Assembly (NCBI RefSeq): GCF_001447785.1
Contig: NW_015167530.1
Coordinates: 254,474 to 318,473, forward strand
Length of the DNA stretch: 64,000 bases
Source of the DNA: Gekko japonicus
Taxonomy: Eukaryota
Direction of reading: 5' to 3'
Shown here: in pieces, positions 25,688 through 38,834 of the stretch
Layout of the letters: each line of letters opens with the position of its first letter
Position numbering within the stretch: the first letter of the stretch is position 1
The notes under the pieces: model-generated
What the model was told of the DNA's origin: nothing
Seen by the model: only the letters and a program-made list of their open reading frames with translations
Database searches by the model: none
Made by a program: the position numbers and the translations under genes

Positions 25688-27720
25688 ATAACAAAGTTGC
25701 ACTTACCTGTAACTGTTGTTAATTGAGTATCTTCTGTCCAGGCATACATGGGACTGCACATGAGCAGGCCTGCCATCAGAGAGATTTTAACAGTTAAAAA
25801 CCTCCAGGGGGCACTGCATGCCAGAGCCAAAAACTTGTTCCCGCTTGGGGACTACGTGCTCCCATACAGCAGCACTCCCATCCTCAGTACCTCTAGTGTC
25901 GCCGAAGCCAGAGCATGCAGTGGGGCAGGAGGGACAGTATGTGCGCCTGGACAGAAGATACTCAATTAACAACAATTACAGGTAAGTTTAACTTTGTTTT
26001 CATCATCAATCTTCTATGCAGTCCCACATAGGGATTCCAACAAGCTACTCACCAGGCAGTGGGACATGCTCTCCTCACTTAAACAGCAAGTGTAGTACTG
26101 CCTTTCCCACTTGAGCTTCTCGCCTTGCCTGCAAATCCAACATGTAGTGGCGTATGAACGTGTAACCAAGTAGCAGCCCAGCATATCTCCGTCAATGGCA
26201 CTCCATTGAAGAAGACTGCAGAAGAAGCTATAGCTCCGGTATAGTGGGCATGAATGTTCAGAGGGCACAGCAACCTAGCTAAACCATAGCATTCTCTAAT
26301 GGTAGAGACAATCCACCAAGACCACGTTTGAGGGGAAACCCTCTTCCCTTCATTAGGCTCAGCAAAACATATAAACAGTGCTCTACCTCTGTGGAATTCC
26401 AAGGTTGTTTTAAGGTAAAATAATAAAGCCCTTCTAACATCTAAGGAGTATAACAATCACTCATTTTCAGAGCTGGGTGAAGGGAAGAATACAGGCCAAA
26501 TAATAGCCTGGGATAAGTGGAATCTGTAGACTACTTTAGGGAGAAACCTAAGACTGGGTTCAAAGGATTTACCCCATCAGGGAAAATCTTCAAAAATGGG
26601 GGTTCCACCTGAAGAGCTGCTAACTCATTTACTCTCCTGGTTGATGTGGCAGCCACTAAAAACAGACTTTTGTAGAGAGTTCAGCCAAGGAACATGTTGC
26701 AAGAGGTTCAAAGGGCTTATGCATCAATTGTGTTAAAAAAAAGTGAAAGGGACCACTGGGGAACCAATGGGTCCTGAGGTGGGCAAAGATCACATCATCC
26801 CTTAAAAAATCTCTATCACCACACCAGAGAGAAAACGGCCTCCATTTATATAAATAGGACTTTATAGTATTGGGTTTACGTGAATTCAGGAGTACATCAT
26901 TAACTTCCTGGGAGAATATTAAGTCTTTGGTGATAGGGAAATATCTCCGGGTACTGCTCCGTTGCAAGTCATAGTTTAATATTTATTGCGCCTGCAAAAT
27001 AAAGGTTTGGCCTTTTCTTCTTTACAGGTCCACCTGACTGCCATCTTTTACATGAATTCAGGAGTACATCATTAACTTCCTGGGAGAATATTAAGTCTCT
27101 GTCCCAAGCCCCCAAGCCAGCAGGTTGAGATGATTTAGATTGTGCTGAAACACTTGGTCATTACTGATTAAGTCTGTTTGGGCAAGGGGAGGTACTCTCC
27201 CCAGGAAATCTCTATAAGGATCAGGAACGATTTGGTGAGGCCAAAATGGACCCACCAAAATCATATTCGATCTTTGTCTCCCGGCCTTCTCTGTCACCCT
27301 GATAAGGAGCAGAAACACGGGGAATGCATAGAAAAGAACATTCTCCCTACGAATCTGAAACACATTCCCTGGGGAACCAACCTATGCCCCTCCCTGCTCG
27401 AGAACAGAATCTTGCAGCCTTTGTGTTTTCTCTCTTCACAAAGTCCCTCTGGGACTTTCGAGGGCTGACTTGAAGGCCATGAGGCTTTAAGGGCTTTCTC
27501 CCACAATGCTGCTTTAAGCATTGACACCCTTATCCTTTGGCCACAAAAGCAGAACTGAGGATGGGGGCAGTGCTGCGCAGAAGCACGTGGACCCTGGGCA
27601 GGAACAAGTTTCTGGCTCTGGTGCACAGCACACCCTGAAGGCTTTTAGCTATAAAAACCTCTCCAATTTTAGGCCTGCTCATGTGCAGTCCCATGTGGGA
27701 CTGCACAGATTGATGAGGAA
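25688..27720 (-). mobile_element. DIRS1-like tyrosine-recombinase retrotransposon, internally deleted
   Basis: YR remnants (LDVRRAL.FYL, WIVSTIRECY, AH.T.A.ASS); FYAFP...ILVGPFWP motif; inverted terminal repeats plus internal complementary region. Confidence 0.88.
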
Positions 27721-28414
27721 TGTAAAATGTCTATGGTCTAGTTTATACATGCTCGTTTCTTACCCAGTGAGTGACAGTGTGACAAACTCCATGCGCAAGT
27801 GGGCCATCACAGACATTTCCTCCAGTAGAACTTTTTCCTTTTACTTTGTATCACTTGAGTCTGTGCATTCCTTCAGCGGCCAGTGATGTACAGTAATGCA
27901 GAGAATCAATACAATGCAGGTATAAGTCTATTTTTCTACCCATAAAATAGAGCAACACTGAATCTTAATTGGCATAAAATTTAACTCCAGGTATGAAAAC
28001 CAAGCAAGGCTTTAAGATCAAATCCAGATTCCGTTTTCATCAAAGGGATGTTGCAACATGTCTCTAACGGCATATGTTTTTGTCTACTGTCTGTTTGAAT
28101 GCTTAATGCAACAGAACACTTAAGGCAGAGCTCTCAAGTTTCCCCCCCCCATAGTAACTGAATAACTGCACAGGGGTCAAATAACTATCAGGATCAAAGT
28201 GCAGAGGAACAGGTTTTTAACCCTTCCCCTTGCATCAGTTTCCTAAAGTTCCCAAGATAGCCACAAGGAGCTCTTGCCTACTGGGGGGGCAGACCATAAA
28301 GACAACATACATTGCCTGTATGTTTGCATCCATAGTGAAAATATCAACCCCACCTGTGCATTTGGGGCCAGGAAAGGATGCAAAGAGGGCCATTTGACCC
28401 TTCCCATCACGTGG

Positions 28415-28813
28415 ACTATAAGGAAGGCCGAGCACCGAAGAATAGATTCTTTTGAACTATGGTGCTGGAGAAGACTCTTGAGAGTCCCTTGGACTGCAAG
28501 GAGATCAAATCAGTCAATCCTAAAAGAAATCAACCCTGACTGTTCCCTGGAAGGCCAGATACCGAAGCTGAAGCTCATTTGGCCACCAAATGAGAAGGGA
28601 GCACTCACTGGAGAAGACCCTGATGCTGGGAAAGATAGGTCAAAGAAGACAGGGATGGCAAAGGATGAGATGGTTAGACAGTGTCACCGATGCAACGAAC
28701 ATGAAATTGAGCAAACTTCAGAGGACGGCAGAAGACAGGAGGACCTGGCGTGATCTGGTCCATGGGGTCGCGAAGAGTCGGACTCGACTGTGTGACTGAA
28801 CAACAACAAAAAA
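28415..28813 (+). mobile_element. BovB LINE 3' fragment
   Basis: WTIRKAEHRRIDSFELWCWRRLL...; (CAA)n tail; 9-bp TSD ATCACGTGG at 28406-28414 and 28814-28822. Confidence 0.93.
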
Positions 28814-30275
28814 ATCACGTGGGCACTAGAAAGTAAAAATGCTTGGGATCTCCAGAATTACCAGCATCTTGTCTAATAAGTTGTTGCTTACGAGTAGTTA
28901 TGTTCTTCAAATAATCATCTGTATAAACACATATACAAGACTGAGCCAATGCAGAAAATTCCTGGAGCCAAAGACCTAACCCTGCCTCTTAAAAGAAAGA
29001 GATTTCCCTTTTGTGCATGCTTTGCAGGACAAGGTGTGTTAGCCCACTCATTCTCTTCCTGGCTGCTGGAAAAACATCTAATACAAGAAAGACACCTGCC
29101 AAAAACAGGAGGGTGGATTATGCGACTGCGCTGATGAACACTTGAAGTATAGACTCCTGGTAGTTTCAGTCTTTAGAATCATTTGTAGCTGCTGCTGGCA
29201 CTGTTTGGGGAGAAGCCTCACCATGAGTGACAGAGACTAAATATTTTATGTGAAGTACTAGAATCAGACAAGAGGCCTGCAGAATATGCTCCGAAGGGAA
29301 AGCTGCAGGCAGAAGCAGCAGTGCCTGTATATGCTTGCTTTGTAAACTTTCAGCAAGGGGGACCAAGACTCAACCTTCTGTACTTCTGATAACAATCATG
29401 TTTGACAGCAGCAGGAGTTCAAAAGCGGGCACTACTTCCTTCAACGGAGGGGCAGAATTTCTAAGCTTTGGCTCTAGAACATTGCTCTGTGCAAGTGCCT
29501 GCCCAAAGATCACAAAGAACGGGCACACATGCAGGACACTGCCAGGTTCTTTCAGCTCCCTTATTTGGGCTTACAGATTCCTATGGCAACAAGAATTATC
29601 TTAACACTGACCAGAATTAACTTTCTTATCACTGACCAGAATTAACTTTCTATGGGAATTTGCAGCAAGGATTCCCCATAATCTTTGTAGGACTTGGCTG
29701 CCATGACAGTAGACATCACGGGAATCCCTTGTATGAATGCATGGCTGAATCACACAAAGGTTCTTGCCATATGTGTGGACACCTGAGAACCAGGGGATAG
29801 ATGCATACAAGGAATTTTGCACCTATATTGGAAAGGTGCTAAAGCTGCGAGAGAGAATTTGAGTATGAAGCACAATAGTCTGCATTCAGATCCTGGGCAT
29901 TCACAACCTTTGGTTCTATTTTATATTTTAATCTCTCTTTCCTTCTTCCTTAACTTTAGCAAGGTTACTGTACAATGTGCTGACATGTTACTAGGAACAT
30001 ATCAGTTAAAATTCATGCGTAGGTTTTTGTTCAAATCCATATTTTGTGGGGGTCAGCACTCTCTCACATGAGAAGAAAACACCCATTCTCCGCAAAATTA
30101 GCCAACACCTGGCTTGAGCTATTTACTGTAAGATTTTGAGTTATCCCCATAAGGTCATGTTTTAGGATTCATAGCCACAGGGTACAATATGAGGCAACAG
30201 AACAACTAGCGTCAAAGGAAACTATATATTCACAGAATGAGTATTAAACATAATCAGAACATATCCACTTGCTAA

Positions 30276-30765
30276 GGCTACAGTCAGACGACAGGCTTGG
30301 TGTGGTCTGGCCGTGCCCCTATTTTATCTGGCGTTATTTGTTCTGGAGAGGTTTGTCCAAACATGTCACCCTTAACCTGCCTCACCATGCGCTCACTCCA
30401 TGGTTGACCATTCAGATTATTGCTGCACAGTAACCACAGAGTGAGTGGTCAGACAGCATCATTTTTTAAATATTGTCTTTCGCACATGCGCAGAAGCTCT
30501 CATTCGAATCACTACTCTATTTTGACAGCTCCGCAATCCCTCTGACAAGTACTGCCATGCCTCTCAACTTTCCTTCACTTTGCCTCTTTTCCTTGGAATA
30601 CATTGGGGGGGGGAGTGTAAGCATCATGCAGAGTTACATTAGAGTAGCCCCATTGACTTCAGTACATTTACTCTTGTATGGGATGCTCAAACAGCTAAAT
30701 GCACAACCAGTGATTAAAACCCCTGGGGCAAAGATCCACTTATGCACACATCGCTGACTGAAGTT
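30276..30765. mobile_element. Degraded PIF/Harbinger-like MITE
   Basis: Imperfect TIRs ggctacagtcagacga / tcgctgactgaagtt with TAA/TTA flanks. Confidence 0.45.
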
Positions 30766-31679
30766 TTAAAATGCACACAGATGGAAGGGCATGGTCTGAC
30801 TTCCCAAATGGCTTGATTTCACAACAGGGGAGTTCAAATATCCAGAAATGTGGGGTGAAAGCACTGACATCCGTAAAGACTGGACTTTCCCCGGTGTCAA
30901 ATAACTCCAATTTGAAGATGGGTCAAGAACAGGGTGCCAACGACTGGGGAACCAGAGGCAGATGTTACTGTTTGATTGTGCACTTTAAATCCAGATGGGA
31001 ACAGCAACAACATTGGATCAAACTGCTTGTCTGACCATTGCCTACGAGTCCTTGAATAGTTGTATGACAATAAAGACATGTTATAACAGCACCCTTCTTC
31101 CCAAGATGTCTCGCATAATAAAGACAAGGTTACCAGGGCAGATTTTTAACAAACTCTGTTTATGACACCAGGACAGGCACAAGATACAAAAGCTAGGCAA
31201 AAACAGACATTCCCCACTGGTATGTTCAGAGAACTAAGCAGTCCCCCACCCCAACCTGTCCCCTGGCTTTTGGAAGCTCTTCTAGAGATTATCATTTCAG
31301 ATTCTTCTACCGATTTTCTTACAAGGGTGTGCAACCAAAAATGGAACCATTTTACAACAAAAACTAGACTGCAATGTCTACAATTAGGTAAAAACCATGA
31401 TCCAACAGAAGTGATTCTTATGTTAAATCTACTATAGGATGATTCCAGTTGAGATGCGGTTCACCTGGCACCATGAGAAAAACCAATGTTGAGGCCTACA
31501 GGAATACACAATCCCTGCCTCCCACAGGAATGAGAGATAAACCTTTGCCAAAGAGAAATGGCATGAAGTGTGTCTACACATGACAAGGGGAGGAGCTGTT
31601 CTCTGAATCCCAACAGGGAAGCAAAAGCGCTTTGGATTTCTATCTCTGCATCCTGAGATCTTTGGGCCCCACTAGCTGC

Positions 31680-31811
31680 TCAGTATCTGTAATGCTCTGG
31701 TTTGAAAGGACCATCCTTTGACAGGCCCAGGTACTTGGCCTGCTTATCGCTCAACTTCGTCAGTTTCACACATAGTTTATCCAGATGAGCAGCAGCTACA
31801 GCTTCATCCAA
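31680..31811 (-). CDS. AHCY: AHCY exon 10 (coding part to TGA)
   Basis: tttcag|TTG GAT GAA...TAC AGA TAC TGA; [43 protein letters not shown]; 132 nt. Confidence 0.97.
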   Translation of the reverse strand: MDEAVAAAHLDKLCVKLTKLSDKQAKYLGLSKDGPFKPEHYRY

Positions 31812-32160
31812 CTGAAAGAAAGAATGGGGGAAGAAAAATTAGGACCATTACCTGATAAAGAAATCAAAGTTTACTAGACCCATGTGGTGTAACCAACTAA
31901 AAACTGATTATATTTTCATATATTAACAATTAAGCCAAAGATACAACAACACTGGTTTGTAGCGCTGCAATCTATGAACCTGGGCTATGTGCATTCTGCA
32001 CCAGCCCTGCAAAAACTCATAAAACATTATTTGATGCAAAGTTCAGTGTCCTGAAAATATTGGCTTGCTTTTTTTAAAAAAGAGGTGAATTTTAAATACT
32101 AACTCTTAACAGTTCTTCTAAAATTCTTAAAAGCCCATCATTCTAAAAAGTCATCCACAT

Positions 32161-32516
32161 AAGGGCTATTTTTGAGCAGGAACGCACAGGAATGGAGTTC
32201 CGGCTGGCTCCTGAGTTGGCCACACCCAACAGGAACTCATTAGCATAATAGGCCACACCCAACAGCAGAAACTCATTAGAATTGGCTACATTAGGGGTGT
32301 GTGGCCTAACATGCAAAGGAGTTCCTGCTACAAAAAAAGCCCTGGGTTTTAACAACAAGGTAAACAGAATAAGAAGCAAAAGGTGGATGTGGCTAGATGA
32401 CCACACTTCTGGTAACATGGGGGTGTGGCCTAATATGCTAATGAGCTGTGCTGTCAAGGGTATGGCCTAATATGCTAATGAGTTCCTGCTGGGCTTTTTC
32501 TACAAAAAAAGCCCTG
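32161..32516. mobile_element. Two adjacent MITE copies (CAGGGCTTTTTTTGTAG-type ends)
   Basis: ctacaaaaaaagccctg ends at about 32345 and 32516; shared ggccacacc and atgctaatgag motifs in opposite orientations. Confidence 0.7.
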
Positions 32517-33924
32517 CACATAAGTAATACCTAAGAGAAGTCTCGGAAGGGGAAGATAAGTGGAAGTGTTCAGCAGATGAATGCAGCAAAGGTGCTACAT
32601 CTTCCCACTGCTTCATGGTAAAAGTGAACAAAAAGCAGTCTGAAAACTCAGCTCCTGTATCACACACTGTGGAAAGAGACCTGTGCCTCAACCACACACA
32701 CACACACCAGTGAATGGCTGCCATCAACTCCGCTCAAGCTATGCACACAGACCAGGGGATGTTGCACCAACTCTTTATGAATTCCTGCCATGGACCAAAA
32801 ATGCTTCAGGCCCTTTTTAAAAAAATTAAACAAAAGATGGTCCAAGCGAGTACCTGTAATATATCTTACTGATCAGAGGAAAAACTTTTTCCTATCATTT
32901 CTGAACCTGGCCAACTTTCAAAGAACAATGAAGTTCAGCCTGAGCATCAAACAATTACTATCTTGTTAGATTCATTGGCTGGTTTGGAGAAATTGAGACC
33001 AGATGACTTTAAAAAAAAAAGAGAGAGACATTTCTCTTCTTACTCTCCATTTCCAGAACAAAGAATTCAATTTTAATTCTCATAATTAAGGAAAATCTCA
33101 AGGGAAATAAATGGCAAAAATAAGTCAGGTTTAGAGATTTTGCAGATACACAGTAGACACCTGGACAATTAGGACCAGATTGTGACTGGCTTTGCTTAGA
33201 TGTTCAAGGACTGGTACAATCCCTCTTAGGTCCTTGTGCTGGGGGGCTATTCTCAGTGAGGCCCCAGAAAGATTGCTGAAGGAAGGGGCACACTGGAGCC
33301 ACACCACTCCCCCCCTTTCATTGGACTATGCAAGAAAAATGCTCCTGGAAACATATTTTTCGGGGAAATATGAACCATGGAAGTATTCTGAGTCTCAAGA
33401 AAGCATAGTAACTCTAAAGCAAAAAATAAAACTTGCAAGCGACTTGAAGGCTAGAGAGGTCACAATTCATCCATCCATCGGTCCACATCCACTCAAGCAT
33501 TAGCTGGACCATGGGCTAGTTTGCAACCATGTACTAGGTACAAGATTTGTCCAATAATTCTCTTTTTCTATGTGTACTCTATGCATGAGGGTAGCTACAC
33601 AGATGTGTGGCATATCCAGCCTTTCCAGGCAAGCCAAAACTTTCTTAGGATCAAATTACGCACTATGCTAGGGGAGCAATGATTGGATACCACCATGTGC
33701 CATTTAGCCTGAAAAAGTAGGTGGGGGGAGCACATAAGAAAAAGTAGGTGGGGGGAGCACATAAGAATCTACACTGTAGCACTGCGAAATGGGAGAAAGA
33801 GCACTATTTCCTCTTACCACACTATTTCCCGATTAGAAATGTTATTCTCTGAGATACTATGCAGTACTGCATTTAAAAAAGGCACAACACAGGTACCTAC
33901 TGGTGCTAAAAGTAACATCAGGGG

Positions 33925-34143
33925 GAAAAGATAATTTTACACCCTGCCTTTCTCCCCCATAAGGACCCAAAATGGCTTACACTGTTCACTCCTCCATTTC
34001 ATCCTCACAACCACCCTGTGAGGTGAGGTAGGCTGAGAATGTGTGAGGGGTCCAAATCACCCAAGCACATTTCTATGGCAGAGTGGGGATTTGAACCTGG
34101 GTCCCCCAGATCCTAGTCCAACATTGCAACCACTACACCACCA
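33925..34143 (-). mobile_element. Old Squam3-like SINE immediately after the exon 9 donor
   Basis: cctcacaaccaccctgtgaggt...ggatttgaacctggg...aaccactacacca; similar remnants at 34600-34760, 42885-43105 and 62430-62637. Confidence 0.65.
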
Positions 34144-34175
34144 CACTTGCTCTCCCATCCCTTAGTGCAACTCAC

Positions 34176-34370
34176 CTTCTTTGGCAGGATATGGACTCCT
34201 ACTGCATATTTGCCAGGATTTGTCCAAAGCTCTATCTGTGCCAGCACTTGGTTGGTAAATGAGTTGCTCATGACAAAGCTCGGATGACCCATGGCACACC
34301 CCAAGTTCACCAGCCTGCCTTCTGCGAGAAGTATGACGTGGCGGCCATTTTTCAGCGTGTAGCGGTCCAC
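34176..34370 (-). CDS. AHCY: AHCY exon 9
   Basis: attcag|GTG GAC CGC...AAG AAG|gtgagt; [49 protein letters not shown]...ILPKK; 195 nt. Confidence 0.98.
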
Positions 34371-35436
34371 CTGAATGGAAATAAAAATGATATGACCCCT
34401 TGTGATTTCTAAATGGAGGGTCAAATCCGGTATAAGAGCAAGCAGAATTTAGACAGCTGGATGTTGGGCATGATTAAGACAAAGGAGATAACTTCTGAGA
34501 ACAGCTGTGGGACTAACAAATAGAATCCTTTAGTAAAAGTTTTTAAAACTATTGCAGAATTTGAAACATATACCTGAAAAACTTCTTCAAGCACTTTGGT
34601 TTATTTAGCACATTTTTATCCCACCCTTCCTCCAAGGAGTTCTGGAGAACACATAATTGCCCTTTCTTCAATTATACTCTCACAACAAAACTGTGAAGTA
34701 AGTTCGGTCAGAGTCACCCAGAACATAGTCTAACACTCTAACCACTATGCCATATTGGTGTGTATGCACACAGAGAGACACACACAGAGTGACTCTTCTT
34801 CCCATTTTTTATTGACAGAAACAAGGTTTGAAGGCTGGCAATACTGTTGTGATAGCCTAGCGATTGCCACTGAGATGGTATTTGTTTCTTAAAGCTACGT
34901 GCTCAGCTTCTTTTATTTTTGCAGGGGTTAACCCACCATGGGCTTTTTTTTTTTTTTTTACATTTTTCTTTAAAACCTGGGGCTTTTTCAGGTTTGCAGA
35001 AAGACCTGTCTTATCTGTTCATGGCCCCAATTTTTGAATTGATATCCACAGATAAGGCCATGTTGAGAACTAGATATATTGATGGGAAACCACAGTACAA
35101 GACCAAGTAGGAGGCCTGCCATATGGCACCAAAGCCCAAGTGTGGAGAAAAGCCATATGGTACATAGTTCCTCAAACGTAAGAACAGAATTCTCAATACA
35201 TCTCAGTTCAAGACAAGTGCAATTTTAACAGAAGCTTCATCCTCAAAATTGAGAGACTAGAGCAAAACCAGGTAAGTTTTATGATACAAGTGGTCACTTG
35301 CCAAAAAAAAAAAGTTCAGCTGCTAAACGGGGCTCTCATGAGGCAGAACCTGGAAAATCATTCTAGATGTTACCTTTACTTCAGAAGTGTCCCAGAAATT
35401 ATCTCTGAACAAGGCAAATGGTACATAGTCCCATAC

Positions 35437-35592
35437 TGTGACAGACAGGAGCCTGTCCTGCCCCTGAGGGAATAACAGCTATTCAGCTGTTTCATCCCTG
35501 AGGCTATGGAAAGTACTGTGACAGAAAGGAGGCTGTCCTTCTCCTGAGGGAATAACAGCTACTCAGCTGTTTCATCCCTGAGGCTATGGAAA
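35437..35592. repeat. About 80-bp diverged tandem duplication at the start of an LTR-like segment
   Basis: tgtgacaga...cctgagggaataacagcta.tcagctgtttcatccctgaggctatggaaa x2. Confidence 0.8.
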
Positions 35593-38500
35593 TGCAGCTC
35601 CAGCATCCAAACACCTTTCTGAGGTGGGATGTAATGTTGTAGGGAAGTTACTTCAGATATGCCTCGAGGAGAGCACACTCGTAGTTTGGGACTGCCTCAG
35701 CAAAAGAGCAGGCAGACTGAAGGGCAGCTCTGTGTGGTAGCCTAGCAGAGTGGCTTAACAATACCTCTGAGGGAGGACAAAGTACCCAATTGTTAGGCCT
35801 ATTTCTGGTAACAAGAGACCTTGTACCAATTTTGTCTGACAACTGAGAAAGGGCAGGCTGGTGTAGGTGGAATCCTGTGTGCCTGAAAGGATCCAACCTA
35901 GTGGCTAGCCAGTAAAATCCTGTGTGTACCTGCAAGCATTAAAGAGAATTTAAGCCACATTCTGAAGCCATAACTAGCTTGAAATTTATGTGCCTCAGCC
36001 AGGTTTTTCCTTTGACTGTCTGAAGACCTGTGCTGGACTGTTCTTTATAAACAACCTGTAGATACATAAATCTTCTTTGTTATTCACATGCTGCTCCTGC
36101 CTCAGTGATCTCTGTGTTCTTCTTGCTCACCACAAAACGTATCTCATAGCAAGGAATCCAAAGACTTTACACTTACTACCCCAATAACATCTTGTAACTG
36201 AGATAAAGGATTACAGTTTTAAACAAACCTGGTCCCCCAAAATCGTAAGAAGCTGTGTGAGTCCCCTCAGTTCTTGCCTTGGAAAACTGTACGGAGTCAC
36301 CATAAGTCAGCTGTGACTTGATGGCACTTTCCACCACTACATTTTATAGATGACACTAAGGTAATCACCTAATACAAATGGTTTGGTCAGCCACATACAT
36401 CCCTTAGGAAGTGAGTGCAATTGCTGTTACTCTCATGACAATTTTGCACTAGAAAGAGGTGTGGTTTTTTTTTCAAGTACTGGTAAAAGTCCAGAAACTC
36501 TGATTAAAGATAAACTAAACAACAAATCTGTCCCTAGGGATCTATATAAGCACTAAAGCAGGTGCTGTGGGGAATTCTTTACATTGTTGCTTGCTCAGCT
36601 AGATGTGTTCAGAGATGGAAAAAGTAGATGTAATCTTAGCAGGAGGTTGGAAAGCAGTAATAGATCCCAGCAGACCAGATGAACCACAAAAAAGAAAAAA
36701 GGCACACAACACAAATGACAAAAGCAAATTAAATCCTTGAAACTGAGCAGACAGGTTTAGCAGATTAATGGGGAAAATTTGATCCAGAAGAGTTTTACTT
36801 TCTATTCAGCCTCTGGAAACAAAAACGGCTTTCAAATAATTCACTACACCCCCTTGTATTTACATTGAGGACAGAGTCACAGGGCCCAAGCTATTCACCT
36901 GAATCAGCCAATAGAAAAGATGAATAACAGCAATATGCAGCAAAGGGATTTGTAGCGCCCCCGCCCCCCAAGGATACTTGAGGCTATAAATGTTATGGAT
37001 CCACTTTGGCTTTGCAGCTGGATGCCATCTGTGGCCCAAATTATCTTTCATCAATTTTTGTTGGTGCATCATCAGTACTCCCTTTGAGAAAAGCAGACCA
37101 TGCTGCAATATACCCATTCTTTAGTAATTTTCCAGTTAAATTACTGGGACTATACTTTACAAGGATCTGCCTTCAAATAGTTTTCAGAAATTGTAACCGG
37201 TTCAAAAGGGGCCAAACTACTCACTAAGTCATCACCTGACCAGATTACTCCAGTGCTTAAAGATCTGGTTTCCAGACTGAACCTAGCCAAGAAACAGTAT
37301 GCTGGTGTTGACTTACAGAATCCTTCTCCCACTTCATGTACATATGTTACAACCACTTATGGATGCCTTGCACGAATTGCCACTGCCATCAAACTGAACA
37401 CATGGCAATGAAGCATCCACACAAGGATATTCTCTGTGCTTTCCTCAGTCAACACCCTTGATCTCTCCCATTTCTTCACTATTCACACTCCCATTTCCCA
37501 TCCCTCCCAGAGGGCTTTACAAAAAAAAAATACTGGTAGCTGCTATACAGCTATAGCATTATAACATTATAGTGCTGTAGTAACTGCCAATTTAAAAAAA
37601 AAATCTGGGGAGGGGAATGGAGGGTGTGAGTGGATGACAACAATAAAATGGCATCAGTATAGGCAGGGAGTTTGAACATATGCACCTTCCCCATCCACAC
37701 AGTGTGCAATCCTGCTTTCACGGCAATGTTTCAAGAAAGATTTGAGCAAAACAGATTTGGGGAAGAATGAAGCAAAGCACAGGAAAACCTGAAAGGTGGA
37801 CAACAACATGTAAACACTTAGAAAACACTCTAGCTTGCATGCCAAACCAAAGCAAAACCCTTGTGAGGAAGCAACCCATGTACTGCAGTTGAAGCGTGTT
37901 AAGTAAGAGTAAATAGGGAGTTTTCCTGGCTAGAATGAACGTCACTGGAACCGTTAAGTGTTCTGCTTCTCTTCTGATGGCTCTTCTTTTCCAGCTCATC
38001 CCATGGATCACTTGCTTTATTAGAGATGTAGCAAAAAGATTTATATGGAAAGAAGGCAGATAGAGGATAAAAGCTTCAATGGGCAAAAGGCAAGTGATGC
38101 ACGGGTACCTCAAATATCATCTTTATTATGCTGCTCAGATTAATACAGCAGATTGAAAGGCACAAGATAAACATTGGACAAGTGCAGATGCAGAGCTGTG
38201 AAAATTTCCCCCCCAGCATTTGGAACAGTAGAAGGGAACAGAGAGAGTGTGTGTGTTAAATGGTGTCAAGTCACTTCTAACTTATGGCGACCCTATGGGT
38301 TCATGACCGCCAAAACGTCCTATTTTAACAGCCTTGCTTAGGTTGCTGACTTCAACAGCCTTGCTCAGTTGCTGTCTTCAACTTTTCCTAGCATTACAGT
38401 CTTTTCCAGTGAGTTGTCTTCTCAGAAAGGAATAGGGTTGTAGTTACTTCCCTCTGAAAATCTGGGCTGTTTTCTTTTTCTTCTCCCTTTTATATTGCAT

Positions 38501-38834
38501 TGTTTATCAGTTACATCATACCACCTTTACTTCATTGCTCTTTGATTTTGTAATCTAGTTTTGTATTTAATGTTTCTCTAACTGTGTATATGGAGAAATG
38601 TGTCTACATTTTGGGTCTACCAAACCCCTTCTTTCTTTTTATTGATACTGTTGAGATAAGAACAACATCAAAGAAATCAGTAGCACTCAAGGAGCCCCAT
38701 TACATTGATGTCCCCCAAGCACCCAGTACTTAAGGCTTGGATATGGGACTGTTACCAGCTAGCAAAGAACAATCTAAGGGCCATCTCACATCCTGGGAGG
38801 AACCTTTAAATGGTATCACTGATGGGGTACTGAC

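Noticed and set aside
25144-25830. Novel DIRS-L1 fusion ORF (228 aa)
   Set aside because: Chance read-through from the DIRS terminal repeat into a truncated, frameshifted L1
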